Origin: an uncultured Alphaproteobacteria bacterium
GTDB lineage: Bacteria > Pseudomonadota > Alphaproteobacteria > HIMB59 > GCA-002718135
Length of the DNA stretch: 64,000 bases
Assembly (NCBI GenBank): GCA_902541215.1
Contig: CACBPV010000001.1
Location: forward strand, 6,606-70,605
Reading direction: 5' to 3'
Shown here: in pieces, positions 9,240 through 20,293 of the stretch
Layout of the letters: every line of letters begins with the position of its first letter
Numbering within the stretch: the first letter of the stretch is position 1
Notes under the pieces: generated by a model
Told to the model about the DNA's origin: nothing
The model's database searches: none
What the model saw: only the letters and a program-made list of their open reading frames with translations
Position numbers and translations under genes: made by a program

Positions 9240-10066
9240 TGACTAAATTAACAGTTAAAGATTTATTTGAGAAAAAAGGAAAAGATAAATTAACTGAGTT
9301 ATATGTAACTAACGCACTAGAAGCATACGCTGCTGAAAAAGCGGGTATAGATATCCAAATTGTATCATTTAAAAAAGAAACACTAAGAACGGGTGTGCCA
9401 ACAAATAGATGGTTCAGAGATGCTCATATAAAAGATATTAGAGAGGCTGCTCCAAATACTTTTATGATATTTGGTCTTGGTCAACTTTCGTCAACTGAGA
9501 AGGCGGTAGAAGCAGCGCTAATTGCAAGAGATAATGGAGCTGATGCTGTTTATTGTGGAAATAGTCCAAAATATATTGAAGCTCTTCGCAAAGAAGGCTT
9601 ACCCTCTGTAAGTCATATTGGATTAATTCCTTATAAAAGTACTTGGACTGGAGGTTTTAATGCCGTAGGGAAGGACGCTGACTCAGCCTTTAAAGTGTAT
9701 CAAGATGCTATTGCGTATGACAATGCCGGTGCTATTGGTCTAGAAGTAGAATGTGTACCTGATCGAGTAGCAGAATTAATTACAAAAAAAGTAAATCTTT
9801 TAACACTCTCGATGGGTAGTGGTCCAAATTGCGATGTTGAGTTTTTATTTATCCAAGATGTAATTGGAACTAATACTGATCGAATACCTCGTCATGCAAA
9901 AGTATTTAAAGATACAAATAAGTCTTATGAAAAACTTTTAGATGATACTGTTGAAGGATTAAAAAACTTCATAAATGATGTAAAAACTAAAAAATTTCCA
10001 ACATCTTCAAATATTGTTCAAATTAAAGATGAGGAATTTGAAAAATTTTTAAATAAAGTTAGTTAA
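9239..10066 (+). CDS. PanB-fold (ketopantoate hydroxymethyltransferase family / ICL-PEPM superfamily) protein, probably not a canonical PanB
   Basis: 275 aa. PanB-like segments SHIGLIPY, LEVECVPDRVAELIT and LSMGSGPNCDVEFLFIQDVIG are present. The expected GDSLGM and KIEGG motifs are not recognisable. The start overlaps the melA-like stop (TAATG). Confidence 0.55.
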   Translation: MTKLTVKDLFEKKGKDKLTELYVTNALEAYAAEKAGIDIQIVSFKKETLRTGVPTNRWFRDAHIKDIREAAPNTFMIFGLGQLSSTEKAVEAALIARDNGADAVYCGNSPKYIEALRKEGLPSVSHIGLIPYKSTWTGGFNAVGKDADSAFKVYQDAIAYDNAGAIGLEVECVPDRVAELITKKVNLLTLSMGSGPNCDVEFLFIQDVIGTNTDRIPRHAKVFKDTNKSYEKLLDDTVEGLKNFINDVKTKKFPTSSNIVQIKDEEFEKFLNKVS

Positions 10067-10890
10067 ATTTTTATAGTTAGTAAATCTTCTCCAATTATTG
10101 GATCCTTTCCAAAATCTCTTTTGACTGTTTTTTTAAGTTTTGAAATATTAAATCTTGTTGGAACAAAATGAGTTAATACAAGTTTTTTACAATTTGATAA
10201 TTTTGCAACCTTACCAACTAGATTACTCGTCGTATGGTATTCCTTTACGTTATGTAAAGTTTTTTTAGTTCTAAGTTTTGAAGTCTTATTCATTTCATAT
10301 TCAATAAATACTTCATGCAAAAGAACGTCTGCGTTTTGAGCATTAACCATTAAGCTCTCACATGGTCTTGTGTCTCCACTAATTGTTAATTTTTTTTTAT
10401 TATTAAAAAAAGAAAAGCCATATGCAAAAGGAACAGGTTTATGGTCTACTTCAAAATATTTAATTTTTATATCATTAATTTTTATATTACCTTCTTTATT
10501 GAACTCATAAACTTTGTATTTGAGGCCTTTTATAGATTTTCTCATTTCATAATTAATTCTCAGTTGACGCTCATCTCTCCAAGCTAAAAATATTTTATCT
10601 ATAAATTTTTTTGTACCTTTAGGCCCATATATTTTCCAAATTGTATCTCTATCAGAATGCCAAGAAGATATAATGAGTTGGTATAAATCTACGACATGAT
10701 CAGTATGAAGATGAGTAAGTAATAAAGCATCAATATCAGCAGAAGAATTTCCACTTTGATTTAATCTTTGTGTAACTCCGGAACCACAATCAACTAAAAC
10801 TTTAGTATTTTTTGTTGATATTAGATTAGATGAACCACACCTTTTATAATCTATTGAAGGACATCCTGTTCCAAGAAGCGTTAGCTTCAT
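10063..10890 (-). CDS. MBL-fold metallo-hydrolase (RNase Z / beta-lactamase-like)
   Basis: 275 aa. It carries the HLHTDHV (HxHxDH) motif and an N-terminal LTLLGTG. The start overlaps the rpoD stop (TAATG). Confidence 0.75.
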   Translation of the reverse strand: MKLTLLGTGCPSIDYKRCGSSNLISTKNTKVLVDCGSGVTQRLNQSGNSSADIDALLLTHLHTDHVVDLYQLIISSWHSDRDTIWKIYGPKGTKKFIDKIFLAWRDERQLRINYEMRKSIKGLKYKVYEFNKEGNIKINDIKIKYFEVDHKPVPFAYGFSFFNNKKKLTISGDTRPCESLMVNAQNADVLLHEVFIEYEMNKTSKLRTKKTLHNVKEYHTTSNLVGKVAKLSNCKKLVLTHFVPTRFNISKLKKTVKRDFGKDPIIGEDLLTIKI

Positions 10891-13067
10891 TATTCGTCAA
10901 GAAATGTTTTTAACTTTCTAGCTCTTGTTGGGTGTTTTAACTTTCTTAAAGCTTTAGCTTCGATTTGCCTTATTCTCTCCCTTGTAACACTAAATTGTTG
11001 ACCAACTTCTTCTAAAGTATGATCACTATTCATACCTATGCCAAATCTCATTCTTAAAACTCTTTCTTCTCTTGGTGTTAAGGAGGAAAGTATTCTTGTT
11101 GTTGTGTCACGTAATGAGCTTTTTACAGCTGCTTCTATAGGTATAAGTGCATTTTTATCTTCAATGAAATCACCAAGAGAACTATCTTCTTCATCTCCTA
11201 CTGGAGTTTCTAAACTAATTGGTTCTTTAGCAATTTTTAAAACTTTTTTAACTTTATCTAACGGCATATGTAGTCTATCTGCTAATTCGTTGGGAGTTGG
11301 CTCTCTTCCTATTTCTGACATTATTTGTCTAGTTGTTCTTACAATTTTATTTATAGTTTCTATCATATGTACCGGTATTCTTATTGTTCTTGCTTGATCT
11401 GCTATTGATCTTGTTATGGCTTGTCTAATCCACCATGTAGCATAAGTAGAGAATTTATAACCTCTTCTATACTCAAATTTATCAACTGCTTTCATTAGAC
11501 CAATATTTCCTTCTTGAATTAGATCTAAAAATTGTAGGCCTCGGTTTGTATATTTTTTTGCTATCGATATAACCAATCTAAGATTGGATTCAATCATTTC
11601 TTTTTTTGCTCTATTTGCAGATCTTTCACCTTGTTGAACAGTTCCAACAATTCTTCTAAATTCTGATAATGGTAATTCTGAAGCAGCCTGAATTTCTTTA
11701 ATCTCTTCAATATTTTTATTAATTTCAATGTGATTTCTATTAATAAATTTCTCCCAATTTTTGTCTTTTGTAGATAGTAGAGATTGTATCCAATTTTTTT
11801 CAAAATTAAAATTCAAATATTGTGATATAAAATCTTCTCTTTTAACTCCAGCACTAGTTGCCATACGAAGCATCTTTCCTTCACGAAGTAAAAGTTTTTT
11901 GTTTAACTCATATAATGCCTCCATAAGCGCTTCAATTGTAGTAGAATTAAAATGTACAGCCTTCATTGCTCCAATCATTTCTTTTTGGATCTTGAGGTAT
12001 TTTTTTTCTAATGAGGTAAAAGTTTTTTCATTTTTTTTATCGGCACTTGCTAATTCCTGGCTATGTTTTTGAAGTTTTTTGAATAATTTGTTTATATCAT
12101 TAAAGTCATTTAAAACTTTAGGCTTTAATTTTTCTTCCATAGCTGCCAATGAAACATTTAAACCCTCTTCATCATCATCATCATCCTGTTGCTGTTCACT
12201 ATCATTATTATCTTCATCATTATTTTCATTAGTTTTTTCTTTATTTTTTTTTAATTTTTTTTCATCATTACCACTTTCAATGAGTTGAAGTGTATCATCG
12301 ATTTTAGAATCTGAAATGTCAGACATATCATATGTTGCCTCCAAATCAACGATGTCTCTTAAAAGCATTGTCCCATCTTTTATTGCATCTTTCCAATTAA
12401 TTATAGATCTTATAGTCATTGGACTTTCACAAATAGCGCCAATCATTTTTTCTCTTCCAGCCTCTATTCTTTTTGCAATAGCTATTTCTCCTTCTCTACT
12501 TAATAGCTCTACCGCACCCATGTCACGCAGGTATAATCTTACAGGATCATCAGTTTTTCCAGTTTGTTTTTTTTCTTGATCCTCATTGCCATCTTCAGTT
12601 TTTGTGGTTTGTTCTTTAGTTAAAGAAATTAATTCTTTAGCCTCTTCTTCTGTATAGACCTTAATATTATTTGAAGTTATCAAATCTTGAAATTTTTTAA
12701 TATTTTCATCTAACCTAAACCTTTTAGGAATTGCTTTTTCAATTATTTTTTGAGTATATATTCCATCTAATTTATGCTTATTTATTAGTTTAGTAAAAAT
12801 TTCTTTTATTTTATTATCAAAACCTGAAATTGCTTTTGGAATTTTTTTTGGTTTATCTTTTTGTAATGATTTAATTAAAGGTTTCTTGGATACTTTTTTT
12901 ACAACATTTTTTTTTGTTTTTTTAATTTTTGCTTTAGAAATTTTAGAAGATTTAGAAACAGATTTTTTCTTAATTAATTTTTTTTTAGTAGGAGTTTTCT
13001 TTTTAGATGAGGTAAGTTTATTATTTACAGTTTTTTTCTTTACAACTTTTTTCTTTTTTTTAACCAT
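10890..13067 (-). CDS. rpoD: RNA polymerase primary sigma factor RpoD with a poly-lysine N-terminal extension
   Basis: 725 aa. Region 2-4 motifs are [52 protein letters not shown] and [27 protein letters not shown]. It lies downstream of dnaG. Confidence 0.95.
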   Translation of the reverse strand: MVKKKKKVVKKKTVNNKLTSSKKKTPTKKKLIKKKSVSKSSKISKAKIKKTKKNVVKKVSKKPLIKSLQKDKPKKIPKAISGFDNKIKEIFTKLINKHKLDGIYTQKIIEKAIPKRFRLDENIKKFQDLITSNNIKVYTEEEAKELISLTKEQTTKTEDGNEDQEKKQTGKTDDPVRLYLRDMGAVELLSREGEIAIAKRIEAGREKMIGAICESPMTIRSIINWKDAIKDGTMLLRDIVDLEATYDMSDISDSKIDDTLQLIESGNDEKKLKKNKEKTNENNDEDNNDSEQQQDDDDDEEGLNVSLAAMEEKLKPKVLNDFNDINKLFKKLQKHSQELASADKKNEKTFTSLEKKYLKIQKEMIGAMKAVHFNSTTIEALMEALYELNKKLLLREGKMLRMATSAGVKREDFISQYLNFNFEKNWIQSLLSTKDKNWEKFINRNHIEINKNIEEIKEIQAASELPLSEFRRIVGTVQQGERSANRAKKEMIESNLRLVISIAKKYTNRGLQFLDLIQEGNIGLMKAVDKFEYRRGYKFSTYATWWIRQAITRSIADQARTIRIPVHMIETINKIVRTTRQIMSEIGREPTPNELADRLHMPLDKVKKVLKIAKEPISLETPVGDEEDSSLGDFIEDKNALIPIEAAVKSSLRDTTTRILSSLTPREERVLRMRFGIGMNSDHTLEEVGQQFSVTRERIRQIEAKALRKLKHPTRARKLKTFLDE

Positions 13068-13071
13068 AACT

Positions 13072-14823
13072 TTATTCTAGTAAATCTTCATTGTTGTGAA
13101 GATTAAAAGTGATATCCTTTAAATCATCCCATGTCATTGGAGATGAATTAACCTCTATATCATTTAGGCTTTTATTTATTTTTTTCAAATTTGAAAGTCT
13201 TGTATTCAAATTATTTATCGATTCTTTAATATCTTTTATGGCTGCCTTGGAGTCATAATCAGAACTGACATAAGGAAAAAGTTGAAATATACTGTTATCC
13301 TGAGTTTTTTCATAAATTCCTGATACTTTTTTAGGGAATTTACTTGTATTAATATTATCTTTATCAACATGTAAAAACTCTGATTTGTGAATATAATTTA
13401 AGAATTCAGTTTGATTTTCATTTAATAATTCAGAAGCTATCAAGAGCAAATAAATCTCTTGTCTTGAATTCAAATGATTTAAATAAGATGTAAGAAAAGA
13501 GTAAATTTGTTTATCTTTTAATGAAATGGTTTTTGGAATAATTTTAATAGATTTTTTTTTACTAGAAAATGATTTTAGTTTTTGAAAAAATAAAGATTTG
13601 AACTCATTTTTGTAAAAATATTTTATTTTACTATCTTTGATATTGCTGACTAATTCATCAATATAGTTATCAAAAATAACTTTATTATCAGATTTTTGTA
13701 AATCAATTGATTTTGATGATTCCTGAAAAATAAAATCTACAATCGAAAGTGGATTTTTTAAATATGTTGCAAATTTACTTAAAGAATATTCATTTATGTA
13801 GGTATCAGGATCATATCCATTTGGCAAAATAACAAATTGCAATAATTTAGAAGGAGTTAGATAAGGTAAAGACATTATAGCGCTTTTAAAAGAAGCTTTT
13901 AAACCTGACTGATCTCCATCGAACATTAAAGTTGGTTTATTTACATATTTCCATGATAATGAAAGATGATTATCAGTTAATGAAGTTCCTAAGGGAGCTA
14001 CAGCTGTTTTAATATTTTTGTCATACAAGCTTATTACATCCATATAACCTTCACATATCAGCATATTTTTTTTTGATCTTATAGTTTGTTTAGCGTTAAA
14101 AAGATTATACAAAATATTTCTTTTTTTAAAAAAATCACTTTCAGGTGAATTAATATATTTAGGATTTGAATTATCTAATACTCTTCCACCAAATCCAACA
14201 ATTTTTCCATATTCATTTGTAATTGGGAACATAAGTCTATTATAAAAAAAATCTCTTTTCTTGTTGTTTTTGTCTAGCTTTACAACATTGCTTTCAAGAA
14301 GTTCTTTATCTTCAAAACCTTGTTCTTTTAGAAATTGATAAAGAGTTTGTTTTGAATTAGTAGAAAATCCTAACTTAAAAAATTTAATAGTCTCGTCTGA
14401 TAAATTTCTTTTATTTAAATATCTTTGACAATCTTTACTTACCTCTAGATTGTTTTGAAACCATTTTGTCGAAATTTCTAAAATTTTATAAATTTTATCA
14501 TTTTTTTTATTAATATTTGAATCAAAATTATCTACTATTCTAATACCAACTCTTTGAGCTAATTCTTTTACTGCTTCAGGGAATGAAAAATTATAAAGCT
14601 CTGTATATATTGTAAATATATCTCCCTTAGCTCCACATCCAAAACAGTAATATGAACCTAAATCATCATTTATCTTGCAAGATGGAGTTTTTTCATCATG
14701 AAATGGGCAACAACACCAACTATCCTTTCCTTTTTTTATGACTTTTGTTTTTTTTTCTATTTCTTGTGAAAGAATAATTTTTGATTTTATTAACTCAAGA
14801 TCATTTTTTGAAAATGACATCAA
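13072..14823 (-). CDS. dnaG: DNA primase
   Basis: 583 aa. The zinc finger is [16 protein letters not shown]...[11 protein letters not shown] and a TOPRIM region (CEGYMDV) is present. It overlaps yqeY by 4 nt (ATGA). Confidence 0.95.
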   Translation of the reverse strand: MMSFSKNDLELIKSKIILSQEIEKKTKVIKKGKDSWCCCPFHDEKTPSCKINDDLGSYYCFGCGAKGDIFTIYTELYNFSFPEAVKELAQRVGIRIVDNFDSNINKKNDKIYKILEISTKWFQNNLEVSKDCQRYLNKRNLSDETIKFFKLGFSTNSKQTLYQFLKEQGFEDKELLESNVVKLDKNNKKRDFFYNRLMFPITNEYGKIVGFGGRVLDNSNPKYINSPESDFFKKRNILYNLFNAKQTIRSKKNMLICEGYMDVISLYDKNIKTAVAPLGTSLTDNHLSLSWKYVNKPTLMFDGDQSGLKASFKSAIMSLPYLTPSKLLQFVILPNGYDPDTYINEYSLSKFATYLKNPLSIVDFIFQESSKSIDLQKSDNKVIFDNYIDELVSNIKDSKIKYFYKNEFKSLFFQKLKSFSSKKKSIKIIPKTISLKDKQIYSFLTSYLNHLNSRQEIYLLLIASELLNENQTEFLNYIHKSEFLHVDKDNINTSKFPKKVSGIYEKTQDNSIFQLFPYVSSDYDSKAAIKDIKESINNLNTRLSNLKKINKSLNDIEVNSSPMTWDDLKDITFNLHNNEDLLE

Positions 14824-15275
14824 TTGCCCAGTAAAGATTTAGCTATTTTTCCTACTAAGCCCATATCTATTTTTCCAGTATAGTTTTCCTTAATTATTTT
14901 CATAAGGGCACCCATTTCTTTGATTGATGAATAATTATTATCTTGAATTATATTCTTTATGATCAATGTTGTTTCATCTTCATCCATTTGTTTTGGTAAA
15001 AACATTTCTATTATTTTGATTTCATTTAGTTCCTTTTGAATAAGATCATTCCGATTCGCTTTTTCAAAAGCTTCTATTGAATCTTTTCTTTGTTTTACTA
15101 AACTTTGAAGTAAATTTAAAATATCAGAATCGGTCAAAGCGTCTTGCTTACCTCTAAGAGAAATTTCCTTATCTTTAATTGCACTCTTTATTAATCTTAA
15201 AGTATTGATGGAATTACTATCTTTTTCTTTGATGGAATTGTTATAATCACTTTCAATTTTATCCTTTAAGCTCAT
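14820..15275 (-). CDS. GatB/YqeY domain-containing protein
   Basis: 151 aa. The pattern is typical of YqeY (LKDKIESDYNNSIKEKD..LRLIKSAIKDKEI...LPKQM). It is the first gene of the yqeY-dnaG-rpoD run. Confidence 0.8.
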   Translation of the reverse strand: MSLKDKIESDYNNSIKEKDSNSINTLRLIKSAIKDKEISLRGKQDALTDSDILNLLQSLVKQRKDSIEAFEKANRNDLIQKELNEIKIIEMFLPKQMDEDETTLIIKNIIQDNNYSSIKEMGALMKIIKENYTGKIDMGLVGKIAKSLLGN

Positions 15276-15395
15276 AATTTTTCACTTTCTAATATATTTA
15301 ATTTAATAATATAATTCTTCTTTTTAATTTCAACTAATCCTTGACTACATTGTTATAAATGCATACTAACTATCATTTTGCTTCATCTAAATATA

Positions 15396-16565
15396 ATGGA
15401 AGTTTTAAAAAAAGAACCACATATACACAATAAAACTGCAGCTCTTGTATTAGAAAATGGTGAAATTTTATGGGGTTATGGATTAGGAGAGAAAAAGGCT
15501 GCCGTAGGTGAGCTTTGTTTTAATACCTCCCAAACAGGCTATCAAGAAGCATTATCTGATCCCTCATATACAAAACAAATCATTACATTTACTTTTCCAC
15601 ATGTTGGAATTGTAGGTACAAATCAAGAAGATCAAGAGTCAAAAAAAATCTATGCTGATGGTTGTGTAATAAATCAGCCATTATCAGAGTATTCAAATTG
15701 GAGAGCAGAAAATGACTTAAATTCATTTTTTTTAAAAAACAAAATTCCATGTATTTTTGGAATTGATACTAGATACTTAACTAAGAAATTATCTGTTGAG
15801 GGAGCTAAGAAGGCCGCGATTATTCACTTTGGAGAAAGTGAAAATAAAATTGAAAAACTTAAAACTCAAATAAATGAGTGGAAAGGTCTTCAAAATTTAG
15901 ATTTGGCGGGAATAGTATCAACAGAGCAAAACTATAATTGGAAAAAAGGAATATGGAAAAGTAATAAATCAATTAAAAACCAATTTAAATATAATGTCAC
16001 TTGCTTAGACTTTGGTATCAAAAATAACATTTTAAGAAATCTAAATGAATTTAATCTTAACCCAACTGTATTAAACTTATTTTCTAGCTACGAAGAAATA
16101 ATAGAAACTAATCCTTCAGGAATTTTTTTATCAAACGGCCCTGGTGATCCTTATGCCACAGGTAGTAAAATAGTTGATGTGATTAAAAAATTAATTGATG
16201 ATAATATTCCAATATTTGGAATATGTTTAGGGCATCAAATTTTAGGATTAGCATTGAATGCAAGGACTAAAAAAATGTTTCAAGGTCATAGAGGTTCAAA
16301 CCATCCTGTCAAAAATCTTACAACAGGCATTGTTGAAATTACTTCACAAAATCATGGCTTTGAAGTTGATAGGAATAGTTTTGGCAAAGATATAATTGAA
16401 ACTCATGTTTCACTATTTGACGGGACTAATGAAGGTTTGAGACATAAGCATTTGCCGGTATTTAGTGTTCAGTATCATCCAGAGGCGTCCCCTGGTCCAC
16501 ATGATAGTCATTATTTGTTTGAAGAATTTTATAAACTTATTGAGAAAAATGCCAAAAAGAACTGA
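15396..16565 (+). CDS. carA: Carbamoyl-phosphate synthase small (glutaminase) subunit
   Basis: The class I amidotransferase triad context is GICLGHQ and [14 protein letters not shown] prefer the ATG at 15396 (MEVLKK...) over the TTG at 15378 used by the ORF track. Confidence 0.9.
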   Translation: MEVLKKEPHIHNKTAALVLENGEILWGYGLGEKKAAVGELCFNTSQTGYQEALSDPSYTKQIITFTFPHVGIVGTNQEDQESKKIYADGCVINQPLSEYSNWRAENDLNSFFLKNKIPCIFGIDTRYLTKKLSVEGAKKAAIIHFGESENKIEKLKTQINEWKGLQNLDLAGIVSTEQNYNWKKGIWKSNKSIKNQFKYNVTCLDFGIKNNILRNLNEFNLNPTVLNLFSSYEEIIETNPSGIFLSNGPGDPYATGSKIVDVIKKLIDDNIPIFGICLGHQILGLALNARTKKMFQGHRGSNHPVKNLTTGIVEITSQNHGFEVDRNSFGKDIIETHVSLFDGTNEGLRHKHLPVFSVQYHPEASPGPHDSHYLFEEFYKLIEKNAKKN

Positions 16566-19500
16566 TATAAATAAAATATTAATAGTAGGTGCAGGTCCTA
16601 TAGTTATTGGTCAAGCTTGTGAATTTGATTACTCTGGTGCTCAGGCATGTAAGTCTCTCAAAGATGAAGGTTACAAAATTGTATTAATTAATTCAAATCC
16701 TGCAACAATAATGACTGATCCAGAATTAGCTGATCAAACTTATATTGAACCTATAACTAAAGAATTTGTAGAAAAAATAATCGAAATCGAAAAACCAGAT
16801 GCTCTTCTCCCAACTATGGGAGGGCAAACTGCTTTAAACGTTTCAATGGAACTTTTTAATAATCATATACTTGAAAAACACGGAGTAAAAATGATTGGAG
16901 CTAATCCAACAGCAATAGAATTAGCTGAGGATAGACAAAAATTTAAAGATGCCATGAAAGAAATTGGTTTAAGCTGTCCTAAAAGTTACGTGGTTAATAC
17001 TATTGAAGAGTCAAAAAGAGTAAAAAATGAATTAAATTTACCCCTTGTCATAAGGCCAAGTTTTACACTTGGAGGTACCGGAGGTGGTGTTGCTTATGAT
17101 GATGAGGGCTTTATTGATTTATGTAATAGGGGTTTAAATGCTAGCCCAACAAATCAGATACTTATTGAAAAATCTGTTTCAGGTTGGAAAGAATTTGAGA
17201 TGGAAGTTGTTAGAGATAACAAAGATAATTGTATTATTGTTTGCTCAATTGAAAATGTTGATCCAATGGGTGTTCATACTGGAGATAGCATTACAGTAGC
17301 TCCATCCTTAACATTAACTGATAAAGAATATCAAGTTTTAAGGAATGCTAGCATTAAGGTTCTTAGAAAAATAGGTGTTGATACTGGTGGCTCAAATGTT
17401 CAATTTGCAATAAATCCTGAAGATGGAGAAATCAATGTCATTGAAATGAATCCAAGAGTTAGTAGATCTTCTGCGTTAGCATCAAAAGCTACAGGTTTTC
17501 CAATAGCAAAAATTGCTGCAAAATTAGCCGTAGGTTATACTTTAGATGAACTTGAAAATGACATTACTACGACAACACCAGCAAGTTTTGAGCCAACTAT
17601 TGATTATGTTGTAACTAAAATTCCAAGATTTACTTTTGAAAAATTTGTTGGCGCTAATTCTGACTTAACGACATCCATGAAATCAGTTGGTGAGGCAATG
17701 AGTATAGGTAGATCTTTTAATGAATCAATCCAAAAAGGGTTTAATTCTCTTGAGTACGGTCTAACTGGTTTTGATAAACCAAAACTTAGCTCAAATGATA
17801 AAAATACAATTCTGAATGAACTTAAAATACAATCTTCGCAACGCTTGTTAGTTGTAGGTGAGGCCCTAAGGATTGGATTAACAGTTGATGAAATAAATCA
17901 AACTACAAAATATGATAAATGGTTTTTATATCAAATTAAAACAATAATTGATTTTGAAAAAATCTTAAAAGAAAAAGGCCTCAACAAAGATATAATATTA
18001 TATGCTAAAAAAATAGGCTTCTCGGATAGTAAAATCTCATCAATATTAAGTATTAAAGAAAACGAATTAAGAAAATTTAGAACTAATAATGATATTAATC
18101 CTGTCTTCAGACTAGTTGATACTTGTGCAGGTGAATTTAGTTCTAAAACTCCATATCTTTATTCTACTTACGATTGGGATTTTGAAAATACTAAATTCTG
18201 TGAAGCAAATCCTACATCAAAAGACAAAGTAATAATTCTTGGAGGTGGCCCTAATAGAATAGGTCAAGGCATTGAATTTGATTATTGCTGTGTACATGCT
18301 GTCTATGCATTGAAAGAAAAGGGCATTGAAACAATAATGATAAATTGTAATCCAGAAACAGTTTCAACTGACTATGATACTGCTGATAGACTTTATTTTG
18401 AACCACTTTCAGCTGAAAGTGTTATTGAAATTTACAATAAAGAAAAAAGTAATGGAAATGTTCTTGGTGTGTTAGTTCAATTTGGAGGCCAGACTCCTTT
18501 AAAAATTGCAAAAGAATTAGAAGAAGCTGGAATAAAAGTTATAGGAACTTCAACTGAAGCAATAGATTTAGCTGAAGATAGAGATAGATTCAGTGAAATA
18601 TTAATGAAACTAAAAATTGCTCAACCAAAAAATGCTTTTGCAAATACGGTGGCTCAAACTTTAGAAAAAGCTGAAGAAATTGGATATCCTGTTTTAGTTA
18701 GACCCTCATATGTACTTGGAGGAAGAGCTATGCAAATCGCATATGATAAAGATAATTTAGAATCATTTTCTAATGAGGCTCTTGAAGTCTCTTCAAATAA
18801 TATAATTTTAATTGATGAGTATCTTGAGAATGCGAAAGAAATAGATGTAGACATAATTAGAGATAAAAATGGAGAAATATATGTAGCTGGGATTATGGAA
18901 CACATAGAAGAGGCAGGAATTCACTCTGGAGATAGTGCCTGTTCCTTACCCCCATATTCAGTTAGTAAAGAAACTCAGAATAAAATAATTGAATGGGTAT
19001 CAAAAATTGCGAATGAAATTAATGTTGTTGGATTAATGAATACTCAATTAGCAATTAAAGATAAAAAAATATATGTTTTAGAAGTAAACCCAAGAGCCAG
19101 CAGGACTGTACCATTTGTAGCAAAATCAAAAGGTATTCCAGTCGCAAAAATTGCAGCAAAAGTTATGGTCGGGGAAAATCTGAATTCAATTTTGAATGAT
19201 TATAAAATTAATGAATTAAAAAACTTTAACGTAAAAGAATCTGTTTTTCCTTTCAATAAATTTGATGGAGTTGATCTAATATTAGGTCCTGAAATGAAAT
19301 CCACCGGAGAAGTTATGGGAATAGATGAAACCTTTTTATCTTCCTATATAAAAAGTCAAATAGCTTGTGGTAATATTCTTCCATCTAAAGGGACAGTTTT
19401 TATCTCAATAGATAATGATAATAAAAAGTTCATTATTGAGATAGCACAAAAGTTAAAAGAATTAGATTTTAATTTACTTGCAACTAAAGGGACTGCTGAA

Positions 19501-19779
19501 TACTTAAATACTAACAACATTAAGACAAAAATAGTAAATAAAGTAAAAGAAGGTAATCCTCATGTAGTTGACTCATTAATTAATAATGAAATTCAGCTAG
19601 TAATTAATACAACAAAAACTCAATCATCTATTAGAGATAGCTATAGTATTAGAAGGACATCCTTAATGTATAATATTCCATATTACACGACAATAGCTGG
19701 AGCAAAAGTTGCTGTAGATGCTATTGAACATATGAAAACTCAAGAATTCACAATAAAAAGTCTTCAAACTATAAATTAA
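16549..19779 (+). CDS. carB: Carbamoyl-phosphate synthase large subunit
   Basis: The canonical N-terminus [30 protein letters not shown] starts at the ATG at 16549, 17 nt inside the carA end. The track ORF start at 16465 is an upstream in-frame extension. The ATP-grasp halves are duplicated. Confidence 0.95.
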   Translation: MPKRTDINKILIVGAGPIVIGQACEFDYSGAQACKSLKDEGYKIVLINSNPATIMTDPELADQTYIEPITKEFVEKIIEIEKPDALLPTMGGQTALNVSMELFNNHILEKHGVKMIGANPTAIELAEDRQKFKDAMKEIGLSCPKSYVVNTIEESKRVKNELNLPLVIRPSFTLGGTGGGVAYDDEGFIDLCNRGLNASPTNQILIEKSVSGWKEFEMEVVRDNKDNCIIVCSIENVDPMGVHTGDSITVAPSLTLTDKEYQVLRNASIKVLRKIGVDTGGSNVQFAINPEDGEINVIEMNPRVSRSSALASKATGFPIAKIAAKLAVGYTLDELENDITTTTPASFEPTIDYVVTKIPRFTFEKFVGANSDLTTSMKSVGEAMSIGRSFNESIQKGFNSLEYGLTGFDKPKLSSNDKNTILNELKIQSSQRLLVVGEALRIGLTVDEINQTTKYDKWFLYQIKTIIDFEKILKEKGLNKDIILYAKKIGFSDSKISSILSIKENELRKFRTNNDINPVFRLVDTCAGEFSSKTPYLYSTYDWDFENTKFCEANPTSKDKVIILGGGPNRIGQGIEFDYCCVHAVYALKEKGIETIMINCNPETVSTDYDTADRLYFEPLSAESVIEIYNKEKSNGNVLGVLVQFGGQTPLKIAKELEEAGIKVIGTSTEAIDLAEDRDRFSEILMKLKIAQPKNAFANTVAQTLEKAEEIGYPVLVRPSYVLGGRAMQIAYDKDNLESFSNEALEVSSNNIILIDEYLENAKEIDVDIIRDKNGEIYVAGIMEHIEEAGIHSGDSACSLPPYSVSKETQNKIIEWVSKIANEINVVGLMNTQLAIKDKKIYVLEVNPRASRTVPFVAKSKGIPVAKIAAKVMVGENLNSILNDYKINELKNFNVKESVFPFNKFDGVDLILGPEMKSTGEVMGIDETFLSSYIKSQIACGNILPSKGTVFISIDNDNKKFIIEIAQKLKELDFNLLATKGTAEYLNTNNIKTKIVNKVKEGNPHVVDSLINNEIQLVINTTKTQSSIRDSYSIRRTSLMYNIPYYTTIAGAKVAVDAIEHMKTQEFTIKSLQTIN

Positions 19780-19819
19780 TTTTATTGACTATAAAAAGTA
19801 AATAAATCATCATGACTTG

Positions 19820-20293
19820 ATGAATAAAATTCCTATGACTAATGAGGGTTATACAAGATTACAAGATGAATTAAAAAAATTAACATCTGAGGATAGACCA
19901 AAAATAATTGAAGCAATAGCTGAGGCTAGAAGTCATGGTGATCTGTCTGAAAATGCAGAATATCAATATGCTAAAGAACAACAAAGTTTAATAGAAGGTA
20001 GAATTATAGATTTGGAAAGCGCTATTAGTAAAGCAGAGGTAATAGATGTAAAATCAGTTGCAGGTGATGATATAAAATTTGGTGCAACTGTTGAAATAGA
20101 AGATGATGAAAGTGGAGAAAAACAAGAGTATCAAATTGTTGGAGAATACGAATCTGATATTGAAAATAAAAAACTTTCTATTACAAGTCCTTTAGCAAGA
20201 GGTCTAATTGGCAAAACAGAAGAAGATAATGTTGAAATCAATAGTCCCAAAGGTTTAAAAAGTTATACAATATTATCAGTAAAATACATTTGA
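19820..20293 (+). CDS. greA: Transcription elongation factor GreA
   Basis: MNKIPMTNEGYTRLQDELKKL...RSHGDLSENAEYQYAKEQQ is typical of GreA. The ATG at 19820 comes directly after the TTG at 19817. Confidence 0.9.
   Translation: MNKIPMTNEGYTRLQDELKKLTSEDRPKIIEAIAEARSHGDLSENAEYQYAKEQQSLIEGRIIDLESAISKAEVIDVKSVAGDDIKFGATVEIEDDESGEKQEYQIVGEYESDIENKKLSITSPLARGLIGKTEEDNVEINSPKGLKSYTILSVKYI

Noticed and set aside
12150-12260. (ATC/GAT)n-like trinucleotide runs in rpoD
   Set aside because: They encode the acidic DDDDD/EE stretch of the non-conserved region between sigma regions 1 and 2, which is typically low-complexity. This is not an independent repeat element.
11038-13080. Five plus-strand ORFs of 64-119 aa (11038-11397, 11761-12072, 12079-12288, 12316-12579, 12886-13080) inside the rpoD locus, plus the alternate-frame minus-strand ORF 11594-11803
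   Set aside because: All lie inside rpoD, a strongly conserved, full-length gene: five antisense and one in an alternate frame on the same strand. Their products are low-complexity S/F/L/I-rich mirror images of the K/E/D-rich sigma sequence. They are shadow ORFs.
16465-16548. The 28-codon N-terminal extension of the carB ORF as listed in the track
   Set aside because: The canonical CarB N-terminus [30 protein letters not shown] begins at the ATG at 16549. The upstream part overlaps the conserved carA C-terminus in another frame.
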